Below are positions 1 to 9,256 of a stretch of DNA of 64,000 nt, piece after piece (the first letter of the stretch is position 1; the number at the start of each line of letters is the position of its first letter). Source of the stretch: Bacilli bacterium. GTDB taxonomy: Bacteria; Bacillota_I; Bacilli_A; RF39; UBA660. Under the pieces are notes generated by a model. The model was given only the letters and a program-made list of their open reading frames with translations, ran no database searches and was not told where the DNA came from. Both the position numbers and the translations under genes were made by a program. Location: the NCBI GenBank assembly GCA_017938725.1, contig JAGBAW010000003.1, positions 2,980 through 66,979 of the forward strand. Reading direction: 5' to 3'.

Positions 1-28
1 AAAATCTAGATATGATAATAGTATAAAG

Positions 29-535
29 GTGCTTGCAATAAGTGCTGCAAAAATGTATGTGAATAATAATACAGATGAAATTAATAATTATTTTGAAATA
101 AATAAGGAAAAAGCCTATTGTTTGCCTTTGGCTAAGCTTGCTGCATATGATTATATTGATTCAGATTTAAAAGATTCATCTGACAATATAGTTGATATGA
201 AAACCTGTGTAAATGTTACTAAAGAAAATATCAATGAAAAAGTAAAATATAAATATGAGTTAGGTAGTGGAAAGGTAGCAGGTGGTGTTGATTATCTGCC
301 TCCTATATTAACTATTTCTAATAAAGCAGGTGGTTCTTTAGAATGCATGGAATCAATGAATGTTTCTAAATATGAATTTGATTTAAACTGTGAAGTGGTT
401 GCAAAAGATGATACTGATGAAAATGTATTTATTAAGGAAACACAAAATAATACTAATACTATTATTACTTATACAGCAGTAGATTCAAGTGGAAACAAAT
501 CAAAACCATTAAAAGTAAAATTAATAACTAGATAG
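29..535 (+). CDS. hypothetical protein (ORF probably begins upstream of window)
   Basis: 168-aa ORF starting near the window edge. No recognisable catalytic motifs. Confidence 0.35.
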   Translation: MLAISAAKMYVNNNTDEINNYFEINKEKAYCLPLAKLAAYDYIDSDLKDSSDNIVDMKTCVNVTKENINEKVKYKYELGSGKVAGGVDYLPPILTISNKAGGSLECMESMNVSKYEFDLNCEVVAKDDTDENVFIKETQNNTNTIITYTAVDSSGNKSKPLKVKLITR

Positions 536-559
536 TGATATTTAATCACTATTTTTATT
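533..559 (+). terminator. rho-independent terminator
   Basis: Stem AGTGAT / ATCACT with a 5-nt loop, followed by ATTTTTATT. Confidence 0.5.
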
Positions 560-622
560 ATGATTAATCCCTCACCTAAATAATAATCTTTGAATATAAT
601 GTTTATGAGAAAGGGAGGAATT

Positions 623-1225
623 ATGAAAAAGATAATTATAGGTGTAATCTTAGGCGTTATTGCTATACTATCAGTTATATTTGTAATTGTTAGCAATAAT
701 GATAAAGATAAAGATACCTTAACAAAGGTAAAAGTTGCAGAAGTGGCACATACTATATTTTATGCACCACAATATGTTGCTTTAGAAAAGGGGTATTTTA
801 AAGATGAGGGTTTAGATATAGAACTTTTATTAACACCAGGTGCTGATAAAGTAACTAGTGCAGTTTTATCAAAGGATGTTGATATTGGTTTTTGTGGTAG
901 TGAAGCATCAATATATGTATATAACTCAGGTAATGAAGATTATGTAGTTAATTTTGCTGGTCTAACAAAAAGAGATGGAGCATTCTTGGTATCAAGAAAA
1001 AAAATAGATAATTTTAAATTAGAAGATTTAAAGGGTAAGTATGTAATAGGAGGAAGAAAGGGCGGTATGCCCGAAATGACTTTTGAATACACATTAAAAG
1101 AAAATGGTATCAATTTGGATGAATTAACAATTGATACTAGTGTTGATTTTGCATCAATGGGAGGTACATTTATAAGTGGAGTTGGAGATTTTGTAACTTT
1201 ATTTGAACTTAGTGTAAGAGAATGA
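623..1225 (+). pseudogene. ABC transporter substrate-binding protein, NitT/TauT (NMT1/THI5, ThiY-like) family: N-terminal ~200 aa, truncated by an inserted element
   Basis: GGGAGG RBS 6 nt upstream of ATG at 623. Signal/TM segment, then NMT1-like periplasmic-binding-protein sequence. The ORF ends ...FELSVRE-stop right at the insertion junction, and the remainder of the gene resumes in frame at 6300. Confidence 0.8.
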
Positions 1226-1254
1226 AGTCGCCAAGTGAAAAATTATATGTCTTT

Positions 1255-2964
1255 TTATAGACAGAAATAACAATTCACAAGGTATGCGACTTTATATCTT
1301 TTAGTTCCCTGTGTATCATATCCTCGAAAAAACTCATAACTACTTCTTAAAATTTGTTGTAGTTTTTTATTTTCATCATTTTCTTTATAAGATAAAAATA
1401 TATTTAACTCCATATTATTTTTATCATTACTTATTTTAGATACGACGATATGGTCAAGTAGTGAACTAATTATTTTAGTTATAGTAGATTTTAAATTAAC
1501 TTTTGAATTCAAGATATTCTCTAGCTCTTTAGTTTTATCAGTATTTCCTTTTATTTTTTTCTTATCTTGTTTTAATTGGTTTAATTCTTTAGTGAGTTCA
1601 TTTATTTTATCATTAAATGAATTATTTCTTTCATAAAATTCTTCATTAGATAAACCACCTTGAATGCTTAATTCTAATATCTTATCTTTCCTAGCATAAA
1701 TATTATTTATCTCTTTTTCTAAAGATTTAATTTCCTCATCAATACCAGTATCTATTTCTAAGTGTTTATAATAATTCATAAGAATATCAATAATACTCCC
1801 TGAATCTATTTGTAATTTAGATATTAGATCTTTAAAAATGGCATCTAATTCTGATTCTCTTATATTAGGTGAATCACAAGTGGTTTTACCTTTTTTTAAA
1901 TATTCTGAACAAACCCAAGTAATGTCTTTTTTATTTTTTCTAAACTCTCTTCTGTGGAAAACAGTACCATGCTCTCCACAATAAATTTTAGCACTATACA
2001 AGTATCTATTTTTATAAATACTTTTATCTTTTTTTCTCTCACTAAATGCTTTTTTTCTTGTTATTAAACGAGTGTTAGCTCTTTCCCACAGTTCTTCATC
2101 AACAATTGGTGGAATTCTAGATTTATCTTCATAGATAACCCAATCATCCTTTTCAAAATATTTTATCTTTTTATTCATATAGTCTACTATTTCTGATTTT
2201 TTAGCACAATAATATCCTTTATATTTAGGATTTTCAATCATTCGTGAAATTGTAGATATGCACCATTTTTTACCTTGACATGTTTTTAATCCTTCACTAT
2301 TTAATGACTTAGCAATTTTAGAAAGAGATAATTCTTCAACTACATAAAGTTCATAAATTCTTCTGACAACTTTAGCCTCATCATCAATGATATTTAATAC
2401 TCCAGTATCCTTATCTTTTTTATAACCATAGAGCATATCATTTCCAAGTATTTCCCCTCGTTCTATAGCACGATTCATACCGAATTTAACACGCTCTGAT
2501 AATCTTCTTATTTCATCTTGTGCCATAGAAGCCATTATTGTTAATCTTAATTCAGAATCAGGTAAGGCAGTATTAATATTATCATTTACAAATAAAACAG
2601 CTACTCCGAAAGACAAAAGTTCTCTTGTATATTTTATACTATCAAGAGTATTTCTTGAAAATCTAGAAATTTCTTTGGTAACAATTAAATCAAATTTACC
2701 ACTTCTAGCATCTTCAATCATCTTCATAAAGTTATCTCTTTTAATATCACTTGTACCAGTTATTCCATCATCTACATAACCTGATATATAAGTCCAATTT
2801 GGATTTCCTTTTATATATTGTTCAAAATGTTCCACTTGATTTTGAAGAGATTTCTTTTGCTCTAGATGATCTGTTGATACTCTTGCATAATCTGTTACTC
2901 TAAGTTTTATACTTGTAAGTGGCATTCCCATATTTAACTGCTTTCGAACAGTATATAAATCCAA
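1255..2964 (-). CDS. large serine recombinase (resolvase/invertase-type N-terminal catalytic domain + recombinase and zinc-ribbon/coiled-coil C-terminal region)
   Basis: N-terminal YARVSTDHLEQ (catalytic Ser) and resolvase-like motifs (GYVDDGITG, RFSRN). Length of 569 aa and a C-terminal Cys cluster are typical of large serine recombinases. Possible TTG start with an AAAGGAG RBS. Confidence 0.85.
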   Translation of the reverse strand: MDLYTVRKQLNMGMPLTSIKLRVTDYARVSTDHLEQKKSLQNQVEHFEQYIKGNPNWTYISGYVDDGITGTSDIKRDNFMKMIEDARSGKFDLIVTKEISRFSRNTLDSIKYTRELLSFGVAVLFVNDNINTALPDSELRLTIMASMAQDEIRRLSERVKFGMNRAIERGEILGNDMLYGYKKDKDTGVLNIIDDEAKVVRRIYELYVVEELSLSKIAKSLNSEGLKTCQGKKWCISTISRMIENPKYKGYYCAKKSEIVDYMNKKIKYFEKDDWVIYEDKSRIPPIVDEELWERANTRLITRKKAFSERKKDKSIYKNRYLYSAKIYCGEHGTVFHRREFRKNKKDITWVCSEYLKKGKTTCDSPNIRESELDAIFKDLISKLQIDSGSIIDILMNYYKHLEIDTGIDEEIKSLEKEINNIYARKDKILELSIQGGLSNEEFYERNNSFNDKINELTKELNQLKQDKKKIKGNTDKTKELENILNSKVNLKSTITKIISSLLDHIVVSKISNDKNNMELNIFLSYKENDENKKLQQILRSSYEFFRGYDTQGTKRYKVAYLVNCYFCL

Positions 2965-3004
2965 TTTTTCTTCTCCTTTCTACTGTCATTATAACATATT
3001 ATTG

Positions 3005-3202
3005 TTAGTAACAAGCATTAGCACCACTTACACTCACAATTTTTAATTCCTTTAAAATATTTTCTTCTGTATATTTAAACATCTTATAAGATATTTTATT
3101 TTCATCAAACAACTCTTTATTTAAGGAAAGAGCCACTTCTAAAAGTATTTCTCTATTTTTATATTTTACTTCTTTACTTCCCATAATATCGTTAAAATTC
3201 AT
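3005..3202 (-). CDS. hypothetical small protein
   Basis: 65-aa ORF inside the element. No motifs. Confidence 0.3.
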   Translation of the reverse strand: MNFNDIMGSKEVKYKNREILLEVALSLNKELFDENKISYKMFKYTEENILKELKIVSVSGANACY

Positions 3203-3268
3203 AACTCATCTCCTTTATTTAAAACTATGAGAAAAATTGTAAAATAATACTTTAAGAAAAAGCAGAAA

Positions 3269-3478
3269 CTATTTAGTATCTAGTTTCTGCTTAGTCTCTT
3301 TTACACGTTTAACCATTAATATGTTTTGAATTGTTTTAATTAGTTTTCTTATTTCATTATGAAGAAGATTATTGTTATCTTTAATCATTTGTATATCTCC
3401 TTTACTTAATATAATCTTTTTAGTTAACTGTGACTGCTCATATTGAATTCTGTTAACAACACTAATATAATCACTCAT
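3269..3478 (-). CDS. hypothetical small protein (possibly remnant of a longer, disrupted gene)
   Basis: 69-aa ORF. The frame stays open ~45 codons upstream of its ATG without a start, which suggests decay. Confidence 0.3.
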   Translation of the reverse strand: MSDYISVVNRIQYEQSQLTKKIILSKGDIQMIKDNNNLLHNEIRKLIKTIQNILMVKRVKETKQKLDTK

Positions 3479-3752
3479 TATTTTAGTTATTTCATTTTTA
3501 CATTCAATATCTTCTTTATATAAGGATTCATAAATACAAGCACTTCTAACATACGAAGCAAAATGTGGTCCAAATCCATACTCTATTGCTTTTTCTGTAA
3601 TTATTCTTATTTCTTAGTCATTTAACATAATATTAATTTTCTTTCTACATCATCTATATCCATCCATTTATTTTTCAGATTATCATCTCCATCTTATGAC
3701 ATATAGTATAATTTTAATCTATCAAGCATGGTGTTATCACACCCTTTTCTTG

Positions 3753-3770
3753 TTAGGGATGAATCCCTAA
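3753..3770. repeat. perfect 8-bp inverted repeat TTAGGGAT-ga-ATCCCTAA in a non-coding stretch of the element
   Basis: Seen directly in the sequence. It is not followed by a T-run. Confidence 0.4.
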
Positions 3771-4004
3771 GACCTATAGTCTCCGACAGTTTAGATATAT
3801 TTTACTCATATAATCACACTCCTTTCTTGTAAGATAATTAAAAAAGGGCACAAAAAAAGAGATAAAGTCTCTCAAAATTAGTCTTTCTTCTAATTACTCT
3901 ATATTATCATTTTAACACATTTTTTTAGGACATGCAACGGACATATTTTTAAAAATATACTCACTATTGTTATTTTATCTTTATAAATAAATAGAAAAAT
4001 CATT

Positions 4005-4553
4005 TTAATTTTTTTTGATTTCTTGCAAAGTTAACTGTTTATTTTTTTCTTTTCGCTTTTCATTTTTATATGCTTTATTTAAATTATCTAATAGTTTTAT
4101 CCATCCACTACCAATTACTTCTTCTGCAAAGGCAATGCCATCTGTGGAATAGTGAAGCATTGTTTGACCTAATAGTGAAATACTCATTTCGCTATGACCT
4201 TGTTGATGAGTAAGCTTACTAATTTCTTCCCAAGATTCACCATTAGCAATATGTTCCATTATTTCTCCAGCTTCTTCATAAGCATGTAATTCTGATTCTA
4301 TTGAATAATCATCAACTTCTCCAGCTAGATATATAAGTTTTTGTATTGTTTTTGTCCAATTAACCTTCTCTTCTTCTTTACAATAAACAGAATATTTTGA
4401 CATCTTTTGTATATAGTCATTAGCTATATAGCTTAAAAATTTTCCATCTTTAGTTATAAAGAGAAGTTTTGACATTTTCATATCTCTGACAGCATTTTCT
4501 GCTGTTACTTCAAACATTTTATCTACAAATTCTTTTGATTCTTCTTTTGACAT
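4005..4553 (-). CDS. hypothetical protein (182 aa), element cargo
   Basis: Compact ORF co-oriented with and immediately downstream of the RhuM-like gene. No motifs recognised. Confidence 0.5.
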   Translation of the reverse strand: MSKEESKEFVDKMFEVTAENAVRDMKMSKLLFITKDGKFLSYIANDYIQKMSKYSVYCKEEEKVNWTKTIQKLIYLAGEVDDYSIESELHAYEEAGEIMEHIANGESWEEISKLTHQQGHSEMSISLLGQTMLHYSTDGIAFAEEVIGSGWIKLLDNLNKAYKNEKRKEKNKQLTLQEIKKN

Positions 4554-4612
4554 CTAAAATCCCCCAGTCAATTGTTTTATATTGTATACTTTAAAATAAT
4601 TATTAGCAATAC

Positions 4613-5599
4613 TTATTTATCAATTTCTTCTATTTCTTTATTTAAGGCTTCTAGGTAATCTTGTTCAGCAGTAGTTAAATGTTCTTGCATATATTTATCA
4701 TATTCTTCATGTGCTTTTTTTAATGCTTGTTCATGAGATATTTTTCCACTACCTTTTAATATATCTTTTCTAGTCATTTTTAAAAATGAGTCTAATTCAT
4801 TCACCCAATCTTGCATTGTCATTGAATGTCTATCTAGTGCATTAATTTCAGCAACATCTAAATAAGCGGATACCATTCTATTTAAAGTATTAAGTTCCTC
4901 TTCAGTTAAATAGTTTTTAGCAATTTCAGTTTCACTTTTTGTTGGATAATTACCTTTAAAATTAGTAAGTCCTAAATTTTCTTTATTAGAATCAATCCTA
5001 TAAAATATTACCTCAGCAGCAGTATTGCCATGGGTAGCGTAGTGCATTTTATTTTGAACTGTTTTAAAGAAATCTATTGATAATTTATCTTTAGGATTAT
5101 AGTCAATTGAAGTTGCATAAATATCTAATACTTTTCTCCAGAATATTTTCTCTGAAGATCTAATATCACGAATTCTGGCAAGTAATTCTTCAAAGTATGG
5201 ACTTTCACCGTTATTTTTTAATCTTTCATCATTTAAAGCAAAACCTTTAATCATATATTCTTTTAAAACTTTGGTTGCCCATATTCTAAATTCGGTTGCT
5301 TTTTTAGAATTAATTCTATATCCAACAGCTATAATAGAATCCAAATTATAGTGTTCTATATTTCTTTTAACTTTTCTTTTGCCTTCGTTTTGAACTGTCA
5401 AGAAATTCTTGACAGTTAAATTTTTATCAAGTTCTTCTTCTTTAAATATATTATTTAGATGATAACTAATATTTTGTTTAGTAGTATCATAAAGATTAGC
5501 CATTACATCTTGGCTCATCCAGATATCTTCATTTTGTATATTAACATCAACTTTTACATTACCATCTTTTGATACATATATAAGCATATTGTTTTTCAT
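4613..5599 (-). CDS. RhuM-family (virulence-protein RhuM-like) cytoplasmic protein
   Basis: Sequence pattern typical of the RhuM family (N-terminal ...NIQNEDIWMSQ..MA.LYD......I..HL.NIF.E.EL...., RINSKKATEFRIWATKVLKEY, EELLARIRDIR). Confidence 0.75.
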   Translation of the reverse strand: MKNNMLIYVSKDGNVKVDVNIQNEDIWMSQDVMANLYDTTKQNISYHLNNIFKEEELDKNLTVKNFLTVQNEGKRKVKRNIEHYNLDSIIAVGYRINSKKATEFRIWATKVLKEYMIKGFALNDERLKNNGESPYFEELLARIRDIRSSEKIFWRKVLDIYATSIDYNPKDKLSIDFFKTVQNKMHYATHGNTAAEVIFYRIDSNKENLGLTNFKGNYPTKSETEIAKNYLTEEELNTLNRMVSAYLDVAEINALDRHSMTMQDWVNELDSFLKMTRKDILKGSGKISHEQALKKAHEEYDKYMQEHLTTAEQDYLEALNKEIEEIDK

Positions 5600-5618
5600 A
5601 AGCTAATCTCCTTTCTAT

Positions 5619-6203
5619 TTATTTATTTTTATTTTTATTTCCAACTTCTTTTGCGTTTTCTAAAATATCATTAATGAATTCATTCATTGTACAACCATAT
5701 ATAGGTTTGTCATATTCATAAATATGTAAACAATTTAATATTTCCTCATTTATAGGATTTCTTTGTTTATTGTGTTCAATATGTTTTTCTTTTTGATAAT
5801 TAATAGCATCTTGATAAGTTTCAAATTCATATATTCCTCTATTATTGAAATCAGAGTGTTCAAAATAATAATACTTTCCATTATTTTCAAATACTAAATA
5901 TGTATGAGTTAAATAGGAATTATCATAAGGAAGTTCAAACCATATAAAAAATGTTTTAAAATTATAATTATGAGTTTTGAACCAATCTCTTTCTAATTCA
6001 ACCTGATCCCAGCAATGTCCATATCCTACTTTGATTAATCTTTCTGGACTAGATAAATGCCATTTTGTTTGACAGCCCTCTTGAAATTCTCGGTTATTCC
6101 ATGGTACATATTCTTTTTCACTATCATCTACAAATCCATACTTTATATTATCATCCATATATTTTAATAATTGTTCTGGTGTTTTAACATCATTATATTT
6201 CAT
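5619..6203 (-). CDS. hypothetical protein (194 aa) with conserved His/Cys pair (GYGHCWDQ), element cargo
   Basis: ORF with ATG and short spacing to the RhuM gene. A possible Cys/His hydrolase, but the fold is not assignable by eye. Confidence 0.5.
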   Translation of the reverse strand: MKYNDVKTPEQLLKYMDDNIKYGFVDDSEKEYVPWNNREFQEGCQTKWHLSSPERLIKVGYGHCWDQVELERDWFKTHNYNFKTFFIWFELPYDNSYLTHTYLVFENNGKYYYFEHSDFNNRGIYEFETYQDAINYQKEKHIEHNKQRNPINEEILNCLHIYEYDKPIYGCTMNEFINDILENAKEVGNKNKNK

Positions 6204-6299
6204 TTGCCCACCTCTATATAAATTATACTAAAAAAGTTCTAGTTTTCCTAGAACTTAGCAGTACTTTATATGGAAATTTATTTTGAACAATATTAGTGA

Positions 6300-6737
6300 T
6301 TTCTTATTCTTGCACTAAGAGAACCAAGTGCAACACAAGTTGAAAATGAGGGCTATGGTTATGTAGTCGCATACATAGGTGAGTATGGTGGATCAGTTCC
6401 ATATACAGCATATAATGCTAGAAAAAGTTATATAGATAAAAATCCAGATACTATTCAAAAATTTACAAACGCAATTAATAAAGGATTAGATTTTGTATGG
6501 AATAATGACGAAGAGGCGATTGCTAAAGTAATAGTTAATCAATTTCCTGATTTAACAATTAATGAACTTGCTACTATGATTAAAAGATATAAGGATAATG
6601 ATGCATGGATGAAGGATACATATTTTACTGAAGAATCATTTAATCATCTTCAAGATATTATGATAGAAGCTAAAGAACTTGAAAATAGGGTTCCGTATGA
6701 AGATTTAGTAAATACTACTTTCTCTAAATCAAAATAA
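6300..6737 (+). pseudogene. ABC transporter substrate-binding protein (NitT/TauT family): C-terminal ~145 aa, separated from its 5' half by the inserted element
   Basis: Open frame with no start codon (FLILALREPSATQVENEGYGYVVAYIGEYGG...). The frame is continuous with 623..1225 once the element is removed. It ends 1 bp before the ATPase gene. Confidence 0.8.
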
Positions 6738-6738
6738 T

Positions 6739-7488
6739 ATGAATAAAGTATTAGAAATAAAAAATCTCTATAAAACATATTATACAAAAGACTCAGAGAT
6801 TGAGGCATTAAAAGACATCAATTTAAAAATAGAAGAGAAAGATTTTGTAGGAGTAGTAGGTCCCTCTGGTTGTGGTAAATCAACTTTGCTATCAATAATT
6901 GGGGGACTTGAAAATCAAACTTCTGGAGAAATAAAGAAAGATGATAATTTAAAAATAGGGTATATGCTTCAGGACGATTGCTTGTTTCCATGGCTTACTA
7001 TTTATGAAAATTGTCTAATTGGACTTAAAATAACAAAAACATGTACTAAAGAAAATACGGATAATGTAAAAAAATTACTTGAAACTTATGGATTAAAAGA
7101 TTTTATAAATAATTATCCAAAAGATTTATCAGGGGGTATGAGACAAAGAGTTGCACTTATAAGAACTCTTGCCTTAAAACCAGATTTACTTTTACTTGAT
7201 GAACCATTTTCAGCACTTGATTATCAAACAAGGCTTTCTGTATCAAATGATGTTTTGAATATAATAAAAAAAGAAAATAAGACATTAATAATTGTTACAC
7301 ATGATATATCAGAGGCGATAAGTATGTGTAATAAAATAATAGTTTTATCAAAAAGACCATCTACAATAAAGAAGGTTTATAATATTAATTATAATTTTGA
7401 TAGGGAAAATCCTGTAAAAAGTAGAAGTAGCAAACAATTTATGGAATATTATGAGAAAATTTGGGAAGATCTTAATAATGAAAAGTAA
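6739..7488 (+). CDS. ABC transporter ATP-binding protein (NitT/TauT family)
   Basis: Walker A GPSGCGKST, signature LSGGMRQR, Walker B LLLLDEP, H-loop THD. Confidence 0.9.
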   Translation: MNKVLEIKNLYKTYYTKDSEIEALKDINLKIEEKDFVGVVGPSGCGKSTLLSIIGGLENQTSGEIKKDDNLKIGYMLQDDCLFPWLTIYENCLIGLKITKTCTKENTDNVKKLLETYGLKDFINNYPKDLSGGMRQRVALIRTLALKPDLLLLDEPFSALDYQTRLSVSNDVLNIIKKENKTLIIVTHDISEAISMCNKIIVLSKRPSTIKKVYNINYNFDRENPVKSRSSKQFMEYYEKIWEDLNNEK

Positions 7489-8263
7489 TGGGTATAAAAA
7501 ATATCTAAAAAGAATAAAAAGGGATAATATTCTTGTATTTGCTACTCAAATTATTATAGTTATATCATTTATTGTTATATGGCAAATTTTAGCTGACAAA
7601 CGAATAATAGACACATTTTTAACATCAAGCCCAGCTAAAGTATATTCAACTATTATTGATTTAATCAAAGCAGGTAACTTTTGGAATCATATATTTACTA
7701 CAGTGTATGAAATTATTATAAGCTTTATATTAGGTAATTTTATAGGTATATTTGTAGCTAGTATATTATGGTTTAATAAATTTTTGGCAAGAGTATTTGA
7801 ACCATTTTTAACAATACTTAATAGTTTACCGAAAGTAGCACTTGGACCACTTATAATAATATGGGCTGGTGCGAATATTAAATCTATTATATTAATGTCA
7901 CTTTTAATATCTGCGATTATTAGTATTATTAATATATATAATAGTTTTAAAAGTACAGATATAAATAAAATCAAGATAATTAAATCAATGGGTGGAAATA
8001 AGTTTCAAATTTATAAAAATGTAATTTTAAGAGATAATTATATAAAGATAATAGAATCTTTTAAAATAAATGTAAGTATGTGTTTTGTTGGTGTAATAAT
8101 GGGTGAGTTATTAGTATCAAAAGAAGGAATAGGTTATTTAATAATGTATGGATCACAAGTATTTAATATGAATTTTGTAATTACAGGTGTAGTACTTTTA
8201 GTAATTCTAACAGTTATATTATATTATGTGATTAACTATATAGAAAAGGTCTCTAGAAAATAG
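7478..8263 (+). CDS. ABC transporter permease (NitT/TauT family)
   Basis: Multi-TM hydrophobic protein overlapping the ATPase stop. Completes the SBP-ATPase-permease operon. Confidence 0.85.
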   Translation: MKSNGYKKYLKRIKRDNILVFATQIIIVISFIVIWQILADKRIIDTFLTSSPAKVYSTIIDLIKAGNFWNHIFTTVYEIIISFILGNFIGIFVASILWFNKFLARVFEPFLTILNSLPKVALGPLIIIWAGANIKSIILMSLLISAIISIINIYNSFKSTDINKIKIIKSMGGNKFQIYKNVILRDNYIKIIESFKINVSMCFVGVIMGELLVSKEGIGYLIMYGSQVFNMNFVITGVVLLVILTVILYYVINYIEKVSRK

Positions 8264-8335
8264 AGATCTTTATATATATAAATTTAAAAATAACATTTTT
8301 TTATTATACTCATATACTAAGGATGGGAGGTATAT

Positions 8336-9256
8336 ATGAATTTTGACTATAAGTTTGGGAATCAGTATTATAATTATTTTTATCCAAAAGGTATTCAAAG
8401 TACTGAATATCTAATTATGGCTCCGGAGCAATCACAGAATAGTCAGCCAGGTATGGAATATTTAATGAATCCAAGACCAATATTTGATAATCCTAGTTAT
8501 AAAGGAAGTGGTAAATTAAAAGGAAAAGTTGCAATTATAACAGGGGGAGATAGTGGACTTGGAAGGGCATGTGCAGTTGCCTTTACTAAAGAGGGTGCAA
8601 AAGTGGTAATACCTTATTATAATGAACATGAAGATGCAAGTGAGACCAAAAATTACATAGAAAGATTAGGTGGAGAATGTTTATTAATATCAGGGGATAT
8701 TACAGATAAAAGCTTTTGTAAATTAATTGTTAAAAAAACATTGCAAAGATTTGGGAAAATAGATATACTTGTAAATAATGCAGGTGTTCAATACGAGCAG
8801 GACAGTTTAGAATGTATTAGTGATGAACAATTTGACTGGACAATGAAAGTGAATGTATATGGAATGTTTTATTTAACTAAAGAGGTTTTACCTTATTTAA
8901 AAGAAGGTTCATCTATAATAAACTTAACTTCAGTTACTACTTTTTATGGAGATCCACAATTAATTGATTATGTTACAACTAAGGGCGCTATTGTAGGATT
9001 TACAAGAGCACTTGCAAGAAATTTAGCACTAAAAAAAATAAGAGTTAATGCAATTGCACCAGGATTTTTTTGGACACCACTTCAGCCAGCCTGCTGGGTA
9101 AAAGAAAAAATTCCCTCATTAGGTGCCGATGCTGCAATGAGAAGAGGTGCTATGCCATATGAACTTGCCCCTACATTTGTTTTTTTAGCCTCAGATGATT
9201 CAAGCTATATGACAGGGCAAGTTATACATAATAATGGTGGTCAAGTAATGGGGTAA
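8336..9256 (+). CDS. SDR-family oxidoreductase (YhdF/YghA-like)
   Basis: GKVAIITGGDSGLGRA Rossmann motif, NNAG, catalytic YxxxK. GGAGG RBS. Confidence 0.85.
   Translation: MNFDYKFGNQYYNYFYPKGIQSTEYLIMAPEQSQNSQPGMEYLMNPRPIFDNPSYKGSGKLKGKVAIITGGDSGLGRACAVAFTKEGAKVVIPYYNEHEDASETKNYIERLGGECLLISGDITDKSFCKLIVKKTLQRFGKIDILVNNAGVQYEQDSLECISDEQFDWTMKVNVYGMFYLTKEVLPYLKEGSSIINLTSVTTFYGDPQLIDYVTTKGAIVGFTRALARNLALKKIRVNAIAPGFFWTPLQPACWVKEKIPSLGADAAMRRGAMPYELAPTFVFLASDDSSYMTGQVIHNNGGQVMG

Larger units (their letters stand above)
1215..6323. mobile_element. ~5.1-kb integrated element flanked by 8-bp direct repeat TAAGAGAA; large serine recombinase at the left end plus RhuM-family and unknown cargo
   Basis: TAAGAGAA occurs at 1215-1222 and 6316-6323. 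Deleting the 1223..6323 span fuses the two substrate-binding-protein gene halves into one uninterrupted ORF (...VTLFELSVREPSATQVENEGYGYVV...). The recombinase gene sits 30 bp inside the left end. Confidence 0.7.

Noticed and set aside
7687-7974. Antisense ORFs embedded in known genes (7687..7974, 13413..13685, 15565..15762, 22275..22541, 28340..28528, 35036..35224, 42097..42348, 44831..45019, 55154..55540, 57816..58016 and similar)
   Set aside because: Each lies fully inside a well-supported conserved gene on the opposite strand and has a low-complexity, Ile/Phe/Leu/Ser-rich translation. These are shadow ORFs.
8336-9256. Whether the intact SDR gene here and the SDR pseudogene at 22204..22863 are duplicates
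   Set aside because: The two sequences are clearly different SDR subfamilies with no segment-level nucleotide identity, so this is not a duplication.
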